The notes: a model not told the origin generated them from the letters alone. Numbered from the stretch's first letter, positions 1 through 11,040 are shown. The stretch: 61,552 nucleotides of DNA from Rhizobium sp. (GCA_020621905.1 JAHRYZ010000001.1:1-61552), one strand, 5' to 3'. Program-made: numbers and translations.

Positions 1-246
1 CTTCTTGTCGGCGGCAAGGCTGCGGGTCAGCGACAGGCCGGATTCGCCCGGCATCATGACGTCGAGGACGAGCAGGTCGAAATGCAGTCCCTCCAGCTTG
101 CGGCGGGCTTCGCTCGCATCGGCGGCGACCGTGACGCGAAAGCCCTGTTCGGTGAGATAGCGTTGCAACAGGTCACGGATGCGGGTGTCGTCGTCGACGA
201 CGAGGAGATGGGGCGCATCATCGGCAATGAAGATCTTGCGCGCCAT
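1..246 (-). CDS. OmpR-family response regulator (5' part; runs off the window start)
   Basis: Manual translation from ATG at 246: MARKIFIADDAPHLLVVDDDTRIRDLLQRYLTEQGFRV...FDLLVLDVMMPGESGL, a receiver domain; directly downstream of the MarR gene. Confidence 0.9.
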   Translation of the reverse strand, partial: MARKIFIADDAPHLLVVDDDTRIRDLLQRYLTEQGFRVTVAADASEARRKLEGLHFDLLVLDVMMPGESGLSLTRSLAADKK

Positions 247-247
247 G

Positions 248-763
248 TCAGTCCACTCCGGCCGTGTCCGCGGGCTGCACTGTATCCGAGCGGCTCATGC
301 CTTCCAGAAACTTGTGCACGCCCTCGCGCATGGCGGGGGTGAAGCCCTCCAACGCCTTGGCGATGCGGCGCGACTGCGGTTCGGACAGGGCAAGCGCCAG
401 TTCGCGACCGGCCAGCGTCGGGTAGAGGCGGCGCTGGCGGCGGTCGGCCGGGCCGGCCATCTGGCGGATATAGCCCGAGTCGATCAGTTCCTTCAGCACG
501 CGGGCGAGGCTCTGCTTGGTGATCTGCAGGATGTTGAGCAGGTCGGCGACCGTCATGCCGGGACGGCGGCTGACGAAATAGACGACGCGGTGATGCGCGC
601 GGCCATAGCCGATCTTGGCGAGGATCGCGTCGGGATCCGAGACGAAATCGCGATAGGCGAAGAACAGGAGTTCGATCGTCTCGAAATCGATGGTCTTGTC
701 GTCGACCACCGGCATTTCCGGCAGTTCTTTCCTGGCAGCCTTACCCGCAGACTGTCGAGCCAC
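248..763 (-). CDS. MarR-family transcriptional regulator (PetP-like)
   Basis: ORF 248..889 with wHTH LQITKQSLARVLKELIDSGYI...DRRQRRLYPT; GTG start at 763 preceded by AAGGAAG RBS. Confidence 0.9.
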   Translation of the reverse strand: MARQSAGKAARKELPEMPVVDDKTIDFETIELLFFAYRDFVSDPDAILAKIGYGRAHHRVVYFVSRRPGMTVADLLNILQITKQSLARVLKELIDSGYIRQMAGPADRRQRRLYPTLAGRELALALSEPQSRRIAKALEGFTPAMREGVHKFLEGMSRSDTVQPADTAGVD

Positions 764-1020
764 TTTGTCACTTCCTTGTTCTGGCGGCGCCTGTTGGGCG
801 GCGGTCTTATCGACCTGCCGCGGCAATGGCTGCCGGTCATTCCCGATGAGTGCGATACGACCGTCAGGCCGGCACCCGTTTTGCCGCAAAACTAAGCGCA
901 GACGGGGAAAAACTCCAACGAAATTACCGGGATCGCACAGTTTACCGGCAAGGTTGCGCGGATTTGAGTTTTGTCTGGGACGTGTTATGCGCTGCCTGCG
1001 CGAAAAGAAGGAACCGCCCC

Positions 1021-1668
1021 ATGGGACAAATGCAGGCCGGGATCATTCCGGTGACACGCTTCCAGCAGAACTGCACGATCCTGTTCGACAGCGATACGCA
1101 CGAGGGTGTGATCGTCGATCCCGGTGGCGATGTCGTCGTGATCCTCCAGACGCTCAAGGAAAACGGCATCACGCTCAAGGAGATCTGGCTGACCCATGGC
1201 CATATCGACCATGCCGGCGGGGCGCAGGAACTGAAAGAAGCCCTCGGCATCGAGATTGTCGGTCCGCACAAGGACGACCTGCCGCTGTTGCAGAAGCTCG
1301 AGCAGCAGGCGCTGATGTTCAACGTTCCGATGAAGGTGCGCAACACCGTGCCGGATCGTTGGCTGGAAGAGGGCGACAGGGTGTCGTTCGGCGCGCATGA
1401 ATTCGAGGTCTTCCACTGCCCGGGTCATGCGCCGGGCCATGTCATCTTCTTCAACCGCGCACAGAATTTCGCACACGTCGGAGACGTGCTGTTTTCCGGT
1501 TCGATCGGCCGGACCGACCTGCCCGGCGGGGATCATCAGACGCTGCTCGCCTCGATCCGCGACAAGGTGCTGCCGCTCGGCGACGATGTCGGTTTCATCT
1601 GCGGCCACGGGCCGGGCGGACGGATCGGCGAGGAGCGTCGCACCAATCCCTTCCTGCGCGGGATCTGA
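1021..1668 (+). CDS. MBL-fold metallo-hydrolase (YcbL/glyoxalase II-like)
   Basis: THGHIDHAGG metal motif, PGHAPGH, GDVLF, CGHG; ATG at 1021 after AAGGAA. Confidence 0.92.
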   Translation: MGQMQAGIIPVTRFQQNCTILFDSDTHEGVIVDPGGDVVVILQTLKENGITLKEIWLTHGHIDHAGGAQELKEALGIEIVGPHKDDLPLLQKLEQQALMFNVPMKVRNTVPDRWLEEGDRVSFGAHEFEVFHCPGHAPGHVIFFNRAQNFAHVGDVLFSGSIGRTDLPGGDHQTLLASIRDKVLPLGDDVGFICGHGPGGRIGEERRTNPFLRGI

Positions 1669-1694
1669 GCGCGCATTTGCAAGGCTGAAACAAA

Positions 1695-1720
1695 AAATGC
1701 GCCGGCGGTGCGGCGCATTT
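1695..1720. terminator. Bidirectional intrinsic terminator between convergent genes
   Basis: aaatgcgccg-gcggtg-cggcgcattt hairpin flanked by A and T tracts. Confidence 0.7.
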
Positions 1721-1744
1721 CTCTTGGGTTCGAACGCTGCCGGC

Positions 1745-2173
1745 TCAGCCGGCGGTGCAGAAATGCGAGCGGCCGTCGTAGCCGACATAGGTGCCCGAGC
1801 GGGCATTGAAGCTGCGGTAGCGAGCCGAGCAGTAGTCATACCATTCCGGCGACCACGGCTCGACGGCTGCGCCATAGACCGGGCGCGGTGCCGGCGGGTA
1901 GTCGTCGACATAGACCGGCTCCGGCTCGACATAGACGCGACGCGGTGCCGGCTCCATATAGACGGGCTCAGGTTCGACATAGACGGTGCGCGGCTGGCTG
2001 GCGATCAATGATCCGGTGACGAGGCCGGCGGCCAGACCGATGGCACCGGCGGCGAGCGCGTCCTCATTGTGATGGCGCCGGTAATAGTCGCCCGCATTGG
2101 CCTGGGTCGATGCAGCCAGCGGCACGATGGCGATCGCAGCCGACAGCAGGGAATATTTCGCGAAGTTCATCAT
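1745..2173 (-). CDS. BA14K family secreted lectin-like protein
   Basis: Signal peptide, Pro/Tyr-rich linker, C-terminal EPWSPEWYDYCSARYRSFNARSGTYVGYDGRSHFC (BA14K signature). Confidence 0.9.
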   Translation of the reverse strand: MMNFAKYSLLSAAIAIVPLAASTQANAGDYYRRHHNEDALAAGAIGLAAGLVTGSLIASQPRTVYVEPEPVYMEPAPRRVYVEPEPVYVDDYPPAPRPVYGAAVEPWSPEWYDYCSARYRSFNARSGTYVGYDGRSHFCTAG

Positions 2174-2323
2174 GGCTCTGCCTTCCTGTAACCTGCAATT
2201 GTCTTCGTCGCGTATAGCGAACAATGAAGTCAGGATAGGGGCGAAAGGCTGAATGCAGCCTGAACGAAAAAACCCGGCAAACCTGCCGGGCGGAAAAGCC
2301 AGTGCCGAAGCAAAATGTCAGTG

Positions 2324-2539
2324 TCAGCCGGCGATATGCAGGTTGACGGCCTTCGGCCCTTTGCCGCGACGATCCGGTTCAGTGTCGTAGCTGACCTTCT
2401 GGTTTTCAGAAAGTCCCTGCAGTCCGGAAGCCTGGACGGCGGAAATGTGTACGAAGATGTCCGCGCCGCCATTATCAGGCTTGATGAAGCCAAAGCCCTT
2501 GTCGGTGTTGAAGAATTTTACGATGCCAGTCTCGGCCAT
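2324..2539 (-). CDS. cspA: Cold-shock protein (CspA family)
   Basis: 71 aa; GIVKFFNTDKGFGFI (RNP1) and IFVHISA (RNP2); hairpin plus U-tract downstream at ~2267-2290. The symbol denotes the family, not a specific paralogue. Confidence 0.93.
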   Translation of the reverse strand: MAETGIVKFFNTDKGFGFIKPDNGGADIFVHISAVQASGLQGLSENQKVSYDTEPDRRGKGPKAVNLHIAG

Positions 2540-2999
2540 GCGTCAGGTCCTTTTCTCTCTGCCCTGTGTCGGCGGGGCAGCATTGCAATGTTACCCGTAA
2601 CCGGGTGCTCGACAGGCATTTCTCGACATTTGAGGAAAGGGGCCCCTGTTACCGCAAGCCGGCGCCAAAAAAGCAAGTATACTCGCCTCTACAGTGCATA
2701 ACCTGCCCGGAACTTTTGGCGTCTCCGGCGCGCATGTGTTATAAGGTCTTCCCGTGCTTGCAAAAATTGCCCGAACCCGCAAAGAGTGCTTGGTTTATTA
2801 AAAATTGGCAAGCGAAAGTTTTCCAACTTCCGGCGGTGGTTGGCGAGCCGAAAGCCCCTATTCTCAGGGCTTGAGGCCTCTTCGGCGAAATATTTTGCTC
2901 GCCCGACGCGGATTGCATCGCGAGCGATGCATTTTTTTTGGTCAAAACCTTCCTTCATTAGGAAAAGTTGGCGTGTTTTCGGATCGGGTGAAGTAGTCG

Positions 3000-3890
3000 C
3001 TAGGCGGCAAGGGCCCGCCGCCTGGTCAGCTCCGGCACGAGTTCCACCAGCAGCATGGCCGCAAAGATCAGGCCGCAGCCGACATAGCCGATGCCGGGAA
3101 GCGATTCCGCCAGCAGCACCGCACCGAACAGCGCGCCGAACAGCGCCTCCGACGACAGGAAGATCGCCGCCTGTGGGGCGGTTGTGTAGCGCTGGCCGAT
3201 GATCTGCAGGACGAAGGCGAGGCCCGAGGAGAGCAATCCGCCATAGAGGATCTCGGGCAGGGCGGCGGCGATGGCGCCGGTGCTGATCGGCTCCAGCGCC
3301 GTGGCGGCGAGCCCGGCGCCGAGGCCACAGACGGCGAACTGCACCGTGGCGAGCGCCAAAGGCCGTTCGCTGATCCTGACCGCGATCGGTGTCAGGGTGA
3401 TCTGCACGGCGAGGAAGACGGCGCACAGAATGACGAGGATGTCGCCGTCGCCGAGCGCCGAGAGCGATCCGCCGTTCAGCAGCAGGATGCCGAGCACGGT
3501 CAGCAATGCGGCGGGCCAGATGACCCAGTGCGGACGACGCCGCAGGGCGGCGACGGCGATCACCGGAACGAGAACGACATAGAGGCCGGTGAGGAAGCTG
3601 GCATTGGTGACGCTGGTCGACTGGATGCCGATCTGCTGAAGGGTCTGTGCGGCGAGCAGGGAGAGGCCGACCAGCAGGAACCAGCCATAGTCGCGAAGTG
3701 CCAGGGGCCGGCCGGCGCCTTTCCCCTCGCGGAGCGCGAAGGGCAATACGGCGAGCGTCGCCAGCGTGAAACGCAGCGCGTTGAACCAGTTGGGGCCAAG
3801 CCATTCCATCGCCTCCGACTGCGCGACAAAGCCCCCGCCCCAGATCGCGGCGGCGAGAAGGAGGAGGAGATTGGCCTGGATGCGAGACAT
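3000..3890 (-). CDS. DMT/EamA family transporter
   Basis: MSRIQANLLLLLAAAIWGGGFVAQ... about 10 hydrophobic helices in two EamA repeats. Confidence 0.9.
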   Translation of the reverse strand: MSRIQANLLLLLAAAIWGGGFVAQSEAMEWLGPNWFNALRFTLATLAVLPFALREGKGAGRPLALRDYGWFLLVGLSLLAAQTLQQIGIQSTSVTNASFLTGLYVVLVPVIAVAALRRRPHWVIWPAALLTVLGILLLNGGSLSALGDGDILVILCAVFLAVQITLTPIAVRISERPLALATVQFAVCGLGAGLAATALEPISTGAIAAALPEILYGGLLSSGLAFVLQIIGQRYTTAPQAAIFLSSEALFGALFGAVLLAESLPGIGYVGCGLIFAAMLLVELVPELTRRRALAA

Positions 3891-4008
3891 GGGGTTCCGG
3901 ATCGCGGATGGATGGTGGGAGGCGAGGCGTAACAGTTGATTTTGTGTTCGACAAGGTCGAACGTCGGGACGAACGTTCGGCGAGAGACATCCGGAAACGA
4001 ACAGGAAC

Positions 4009-4638
4009 ATGACGGCAGCGCGAGTATTGACGAGGGGACTGCTGACGATCGCCAGCGCCGCGACGGCGGCTGCCGGTGCGACGTGTGCCACCGAACCAAG
4101 CGGCGTAATGCCGGCGACGGAACGATCTGTCGCGAAAGCGATCGACGGCTATGACGCGATACCGGCGCCCATTCTCCCGGCGTTCACGCAGGAAGCCTCC
4201 CCCTGTCATGTGGACGAGGCGAGGCTCCGGTTCGCGCCCGGCACGGACCTGGAGGACGCTGAGGGCAATCGTCTGGTTCTCATGCCCTGCGGCACGCCCG
4301 GTGCCTACAACGAACCGTACGCCCTCTATTTCGGCATCGACGAAGCCAGCCTCCACCGCATCGTGTTTCCGGACATGACAAAGGAGGGGCCGTCAATCCT
4401 GATGATCGCCTACAATCTGACCTACGAACCCTCGACGAAGACACTGACGTCCTTTCACCGTGGCCGGGGCTCCGGCGATTGCGGTTCGTGGTACCGGTGG
4501 CATGTCGACCTGACGCGCAACAACCATGGGCTCGTGCTGATGGACCAGCGGGTCAAAGGCGCCTGCGACGCCAATGACCTTGGCGGGCCGCAGAACTGGA
4601 CGCCGGTCTGGGCAGGTCCGCCTCGATCAGCGGACTAG
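4009..4638 (+). CDS. DUF1176-like secreted Cys-containing protein
   Basis: Signal-like N-terminus; PCGTPGAYNEPY and LTSFHRGRGSGDCG motifs. Confidence 0.7.
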   Translation: MTAARVLTRGLLTIASAATAAAGATCATEPSGVMPATERSVAKAIDGYDAIPAPILPAFTQEASPCHVDEARLRFAPGTDLEDAEGNRLVLMPCGTPGAYNEPYALYFGIDEASLHRIVFPDMTKEGPSILMIAYNLTYEPSTKTLTSFHRGRGSGDCGSWYRWHVDLTRNNHGLVLMDQRVKGACDANDLGGPQNWTPVWAGPPRSAD

Positions 4639-5801
4639 GGGGAGACGGCGCGGCTGACGCGCAGCAACTGGCCGTCTTCCTCGTCTGTCACCAGCAGGAC
4701 GGAGCCGTCCGGGGCGACCTTTACGTCGCGCAGGCGCCCGTATTCGCCAGCGATCAGGCGTTCCTCGCCGATGATCGCGCCGCTCTCGTCGCGTTCGATG
4801 CGGGCCAGGAGTTCGTATTTGAGGGCGGCGACGAGAAAGTCGCCATCCCATTCCGGAAACATGGCGCCGCGGTAGACATCGATGGCACCCGGTGCGATCG
4901 ACGGATCCCAATAGTGGACGGGCAGTTCATAGCCCTCGGCCGACTGGCCTATGCCGATTTCCGCGCCGGAATAATGCTTGCCGTAGGAGACGACCGGCCA
5001 GCCGTAATTGCTGCCGGCTTTCGGCGCGTTGATCTCGTCGCCGCCGCGCGCACCATGCTCGACGGTGAAGAGCGTGCCGTCGGCGGGATCGATGACGATG
5101 CCTTGCGGATTGCGGTGGCCGATCGACCAGATCTCGGGGAGGCCCTTGCCGCCATCGGCGAAGGGGTTGCCGGCAGCAGGCTTGCCGTCCGTGCCGACAT
5201 GCAGGATCGAGCCGGCATGATCCTGCGGGTCCTGCGCCCGATCCATGTCGCCACGCTCGCCGATGCCGAAGAACAGGCTGCCGTCCCTGGCGATCGCGAT
5301 GCGCGAGCCGAAATGCTGGGTGGTGTCGGTGAAGCGGTTCATGGCGAAGAGTTTTTCGACGTCTTCCAGCTTCGCCTCGTCGTCGGACAGGCGGGCGGCG
5401 AAGAGCGCCGTTCCCTGGCCTCCGGCCCCGGGTATGGAGGCGGTGAAATAGAGCTTCCGGCTTTCGGGGAAGTCGGGAGAGAGGGCCATGTCGAGCAGGC
5501 CGCCCTGGCCGCCGACGAAGAGTTCGGGCAGGCCGGCGATCGGTTCGCCGAGCTTCATGTCCCGCACGATCCGCAGCCGTCCGGGCCGCTCGGTGACGAT
5601 ATAGGCGCCGTCCGGCAGCACTTCGACCGACCACGGATGTTCGAGGCCGGTCGCAAGCACGGTGACTTCCAGCTCTGCCTTCTTCGAGGAAAAGCGATCG
5701 GCTGCCATGGCCGGAGCTGCCGCCAGCACAAGGGCGAGCGCGGCATAGGCCGTTGATCGCACGCAATAGCCCGGGCTTTGTCTTGCGGTGGTCCTGAACA
5801 T
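4635..5801 (-). CDS. PQQ-dependent sugar dehydrogenase (YliI/aldose sugar dehydrogenase)
   Basis: Signal peptide; GLEHPW, GQGGLLD, GHRNPQG, EHGARGGDEIN, NYGWP beta-propeller motifs. Confidence 0.92.
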   Translation of the reverse strand: MFRTTARQSPGYCVRSTAYAALALVLAAAPAMAADRFSSKKAELEVTVLATGLEHPWSVEVLPDGAYIVTERPGRLRIVRDMKLGEPIAGLPELFVGGQGGLLDMALSPDFPESRKLYFTASIPGAGGQGTALFAARLSDDEAKLEDVEKLFAMNRFTDTTQHFGSRIAIARDGSLFFGIGERGDMDRAQDPQDHAGSILHVGTDGKPAAGNPFADGGKGLPEIWSIGHRNPQGIVIDPADGTLFTVEHGARGGDEINAPKAGSNYGWPVVSYGKHYSGAEIGIGQSAEGYELPVHYWDPSIAPGAIDVYRGAMFPEWDGDFLVAALKYELLARIERDESGAIIGEERLIAGEYGRLRDVKVAPDGSVLLVTDEEDGQLLRVSRAVSP

Positions 5802-5828
5802 CTGGCGGCCTTCCTGTGATCCAGAGTT

Positions 5829-6122
5829 CTATCTGGGGAGTGAAGCTGCGTTGGCAAGGGGCGAGCCCAAGAACGGGACCGCTGGGCGCACCGGGCCTGA
5901 GGCGCGCCTCCGGTCGTCAAGCACTTGCGGAACGGAGGGTCCGAGGGACGTTGCACCCGAAGAAGGGAGGAAATCCGCCGCCTTGGCCTTGATGTAGAGC
6001 CCGTCGGCGATCAGCAACAGGCCGCCGATCGCGACGATGACAAGGCAGAGGGCCACGGCACGCTCGGCCGGGCCGAGACGGCGCCACAGGGGCGGGCGGT
6101 CGCGGGCGCCATGTTCAGACAC
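5829..6122 (-). CDS. Small membrane protein resembling the N-terminal anchor of a class GN (proteobacterial) sortase; catalytic domain absent
   Basis: TM helix followed by ADGLYIKAKA, recalled from rhizobial class GN sortase N-termini; overlaps the stop of the upstream LPXTG-like gene. Confidence 0.55.
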   Translation of the reverse strand: MSEHGARDRPPLWRRLGPAERAVALCLVIVAIGGLLLIADGLYIKAKAADFLPSSGATSLGPSVPQVLDDRRRASGPVRPAVPFLGSPLANAASLPR

Positions 6123-6579
6123 GACGGCGGCCCGTCTCCGCCCGGAACAGTTCCTTCAGGCTGCGGCGCCAGAGCGCCAGGCTGCCCGCCGCCATCGCGG
6201 CGAAGCAGACCATCATCAGGCCGAGAAGGATGTACCTGTCGGAGAGCGTCTCGGCCCGCGGCAGCGCGAGGCCGGTGGGGGTGGTGACCAGCCGCGGGGC
6301 GACGATCGGAGTCGAGGCGGTCGGCATCGGATCAACGGTGACCGCGGTCGCCAGTTGCGACGGCTGTGCCTGATCGCTGGCATCCGGGGCGGCGGCGAGG
6401 GAAAGGACGATGGCGGCGTTGCCCGGCGGCTGCGCCTGCACGGTCTCGGCACGGGCAGTGGCGGCCAGACCGATCAACATGGCGGCGCAGGCGAACAGGC
6501 CGACAAACGCCACGCGGCCGCGCTCAAAGAACCGTTGGAACCAGGGACGCGCTTCGGAACTCTCGTCTTCCAGAAACAT
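6115..6579 (-). CDS. Short secreted protein with C-terminal LPXTG-like sorting signal (miniature proteobacterial sortase target)
   Basis: MFLEDE N-terminus, signal peptide ending ARA, Ala/Pro/Thr-rich middle, LPRAET + TM helix + WRR...RRR basic tail. Confidence 0.6.
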   Translation of the reverse strand: MFLEDESSEARPWFQRFFERGRVAFVGLFACAAMLIGLAATARAETVQAQPPGNAAIVLSLAAAPDASDQAQPSQLATAVTVDPMPTASTPIVAPRLVTTPTGLALPRAETLSDRYILLGLMMVCFAAMAAGSLALWRRSLKELFRAETGRRRV

Positions 6580-6744
6580 TCGTCAGTCCTCGCAATTGAA
6601 TTCGTGCAATGCGAGCGAGAAGAACCCCGTTTGAGGGCTTCACGGGGACCGAATTGCGGCGTCATCCGGTATTTGTCGTGGCGATATCGTGGCGAAATCG
6701 ATGCCTGCCTCACGGTTGAGCACGATGCCTGCGGGAGAGGCCTG

Positions 6745-7668
6745 CTAGCGCCTCTTGCCGAACACGCGGGGCGGGCGCAGCCCGGGCTCGCGACGCTGTG
6801 CCGCCGGCGAAGGGGGCTGCGGCTGGGCTTGCGACTGCGCTGCCGGGGCGGTTGCCGGCTCTGACGGCGGCAGCAGCATTTCCGGAAACTCGTCGTTGAA
6901 CGCCGTGGGGGCGATCTGCGGCCGTGCCAGCGCGTAGCCCTGCAGCAAGGTCACGCCGAGGTCGAGGCAGAGATCGACCTGCCAGGTCTCCTCCAGGCGC
7001 TCGAAGATCGGCTCAATGCCCTCGTCCTGCAACTGCCGGACGATGACGCGAAGCAGGGCGAAGCCCGCGGAATTGTGCAGATATTCCCGAACCCAGTCCC
7101 CGTCGAAGCGGACGAAGTCGGGTCGCAGCGCCAGCACATCCTGGATGTCATGCTCGCTCGCCTCGTAGTTCGACATCGAGATGCGCAGGCCGGCGCGGCG
7201 CAACTGCTCGATCGTCCGGGCCAAGACCTTGCCGTTAGAGCTGCCGGCCGACACGTCGCACACGATGCGTTCGGGCGCCAGTCTGGCCTCATGGGCGGCG
7301 AGGCGGATGCGGTCGAGTTCGTGGCGCAGCTCGACGCCGTCGGTGAAAAGCTGCGGCTGGAAGCTCACCAGCACCAGTGTCCGTTCCCGCTGCATCAGGC
7401 CGGCATTGAGGATGTGGATGCTGCGCAGCAGGCTGTCGACGGCAGGCAGATCCTCAGGGGCGACCAGAGAGAAGAATTGCGACGGCGGATAGGCCTCTCC
7501 GTTGCGCTCGGCCCGCACCAGTCCCTGGAAGGCATGAATGTCGAAGACACCGTCGGCCACCCTCTTGAAAATCGGCTGCAGGGCGGAGCGCAGCACGAAG
7601 GGGCCATAGGCCGCCGACCATGCGTCTCCTGTCTTGACGAGCTGAGCGTAGATGCTGTTCGTGGTCAT
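6745..7668 (-). CDS. Stand-alone EAL-domain protein with degenerate catalytic motifs
   Basis: SALQPIF, FQGLVR (EAL position), LRPDFVRFD, LLQGYALARP; the DDFGTG loop is replaced by SNYEAS. Confidence 0.8.
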   Translation of the reverse strand: MTTNSIYAQLVKTGDAWSAAYGPFVLRSALQPIFKRVADGVFDIHAFQGLVRAERNGEAYPPSQFFSLVAPEDLPAVDSLLRSIHILNAGLMQRERTLVLVSFQPQLFTDGVELRHELDRIRLAAHEARLAPERIVCDVSAGSSNGKVLARTIEQLRRAGLRISMSNYEASEHDIQDVLALRPDFVRFDGDWVREYLHNSAGFALLRVIVRQLQDEGIEPIFERLEETWQVDLCLDLGVTLLQGYALARPQIAPTAFNDEFPEMLLPPSEPATAPAAQSQAQPQPPSPAAQRREPGLRPPRVFGKRR

Positions 7669-7823
7669 CGGCTTCGCGTCATGATTGTTTGGAATCGAAA
7701 TTGCACGCAAGTCTATCGCCGAAGACTTACCGGCGCGTTAAGAAAGACTTAAAAATGAAAACTTTGGCGATTGCCCGCGCCGTGCCGCTTTCCGCTTGAA
7801 ACGCGGGAGCGATTTCGCCATAG

Positions 7824-9089
<1,266 letters not shown>

Positions 9090-9110
9090 GTGCTGCAATA
9101 GACGGACTGG

Positions 9111-9146
9111 GAAAGGGCGGGGCCTCGCGGTCCCGCCCTTTTCTTT
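9111..9146. terminator. Bidirectional intrinsic terminator
   Basis: gaaagggcggggcc-tcgc-ggtcccgcccttttcttt between convergent aatA and opgC. Confidence 0.75.
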
Positions 9147-9166
9147 GGTTGGTGATATGACTGCCG

Positions 9167-10390
9167 TCAGGTGGCGATCTTCATGGTCGCCGGCAATTTG
9201 GCCGGCGCGGGTGCCGGAGTGGCGGGCGTGCGGTCGCGCTCGCGCCACAGCGCGGGCAGGCTGAGCAGTGCCAGAGAGCCGAAGGTGATCACGGTCTTGG
9301 TCGCGTCGGAGAAGGCGCCGAAACGACCGTCGAGATAGAAGACGCCGTAGACGATCAGCACGTGCCAGACATAGATCTGCAACGAATGCCGGCCGAGCAG
9401 CTGCAAATAGCTCAGCGAGAACAGGCCAGTGAGCGTCGAGGCGATCTTGCGGATCGTCGCGTTCTCGTGGCGCGGGCCGGCGATCAGCAGCCAGGCGAGG
9501 CCATAGGCGACGGCGGCGAAGTTCAGGAGATAGACCGGACCGAAGTCGGCGCGCACTTCCATGAGGCCGAATTTTTCCAGCACGATACCCGGCATCATGC
9601 CGTGGGCAGTGAGGATGCGCAGCGGCAGGAAGAAGGCGCAGACGGCCAGCGCCGCCTTGGCGATGAAATCCTTGCGGGGATCGAAGATGCGGGTCCACTC
9701 AACCTTCTTCATCGAGGTCAGCGTTCCGGCGAGCAGGCCGGCAAAGAAGACGATCTGCCAGCCGAGCAGGTTGAACGAGGCGCGAATGCCCTCCTTTTCC
9801 GACGCTGCACCGCCGGACAGCCAGTCGCTGACCGGATAGGTGACGATGCGTTGCAGTCCGAGCTGCGCTGCCATCCACGCCAGCACGGAGATGATGGCCA
9901 CGGTCTTCCACCGCCCCTGGATGCACAGCCAGATGATGGCGGGCGCGAAGAACATGTAGACGATGTATTGCGGGAGGATGTCCATGAAGGTCGGCTGGAA
10001 CAGGAAGCCGGCAATGGCTGCGAGACGCAGCGGATCGTCCACTCGGGTTGCGCCGAGCCAGTTGGTCCAGATCTCCGCGGCACCGGGCAGCATGAGCTGC
10101 AGGGCGAGAATCACCAGCACGATCCCCATGGCGTAGCGGTAGAGTTCGAAGACCCGCGACCAGATCCGGTCCCGGGCGACGGCATAGCCATCCTTCATCA
10201 TCTTGCGGGCATAGACCATCCCTGTCAGCAGGCCGGACAGGAAGACGAAGCCCTGCGCATCCTCGACGAAGGCCAGGTTGCGGTGGTTGATCTGGACGAG
10301 CCAGAGGCCGCCGGTGAAGACCAGATGGTTGATCAGCATGAAGACCAGAAAATAGCCGCGCATGCCGTCGATGATGTCGAGTCTCTTCAA
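9167..10390 (-). CDS. opgC: OpgC family periplasmic glucan succinyl/acyltransferase
   Basis: KRLDIIDGMRGYFLVFMLINH, FVFLSG, DILPQY, LGRHSLQIYVWH; polytopic; probable TTG start at 10390. Confidence 0.85.
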   Translation of the reverse strand: MKRLDIIDGMRGYFLVFMLINHLVFTGGLWLVQINHRNLAFVEDAQGFVFLSGLLTGMVYARKMMKDGYAVARDRIWSRVFELYRYAMGIVLVILALQLMLPGAAEIWTNWLGATRVDDPLRLAAIAGFLFQPTFMDILPQYIVYMFFAPAIIWLCIQGRWKTVAIISVLAWMAAQLGLQRIVTYPVSDWLSGGAASEKEGIRASFNLLGWQIVFFAGLLAGTLTSMKKVEWTRIFDPRKDFIAKAALAVCAFFLPLRILTAHGMMPGIVLEKFGLMEVRADFGPVYLLNFAAVAYGLAWLLIAGPRHENATIRKIASTLTGLFSLSYLQLLGRHSLQIYVWHVLIVYGVFYLDGRFGAFSDATKTVITFGSLALLSLPALWRERDRTPATPAPAPAKLPATMKIAT

Positions 10391-10545
10391 GATTCGGCTC
10401 CCGAGTTTGCCCCCCGCGACCGCGGGAGGTTTCTGGCCCGCCATCTTGGTGAGAATGGGGCGAACCACTCACCAAGTTGGGTTCCATGTCCGGGGAAAGC
10501 GGCAAGGGTGGGAAAAGTTCCGCCCTTCCGGGTGAGGAAAAGCCG

Positions 10546-11040
10546 TCAAAGGCCGAGGACGGACAGCATGATGAAGGTGGCGAACAGGATGAAATGGGTC
10601 ATGCCTTCGATTGCGTCGGTTTCGCCGTCGTTGAGGTTGATCGCCGCCGCGATCAGCGTGATGGCGACCATCACGGTTTGCACCGGCTTCATCGCCATGA
10701 TGAAGGGCTGGCCGGTGTAGAGCGCGATCGCCTCGATGACGGCTACGGTCAGGATGACGGTGGAGAGCGAGGCGCCCATGGCGATGCTGACCGTCGCCTG
10801 CATGCGGTCGGCAAGGGCGGCGTGAAGTGCGGTCAGGATCTCTGGCCCGGCGGAAATGCCGGCGACGAGGGGGTGGTGAGCGCGATCGGCGCGCCGATCT
10901 CCTTGAGGCCGGTGTTCATGAAGGTCGACATGAGCTCGGCGAGCACGCCGATCAGAACGACGCCGAACAGGATGACGCCGATCGAGCGGGCCGTCGGCGC
11001 ATCCGCGTCGGCGGGATCGTGTTCGCGCCTTTGTTTGTGG
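10546..11040 (-). pseudogene. chaA: Ca2+/H+ antiporter (ChaA/CAX) C-terminal fragment
   Basis: SIGVILFGVVLIGVLAELMS...; ISAGPEILTA...MQATVSIAMGASLSTVILTV...DGETDAIEGMTHFILF; no start codon, and the N-terminal half lies at 38755-39031. Confidence 0.85.

Noticed and set aside
2540-2999. Long AT-rich intergenic region upstream of the cold-shock gene as a possible sRNA
   Set aside because: Adequately explained by the csp promoter and long 5' UTR; no independent terminator or recognisable RNA family
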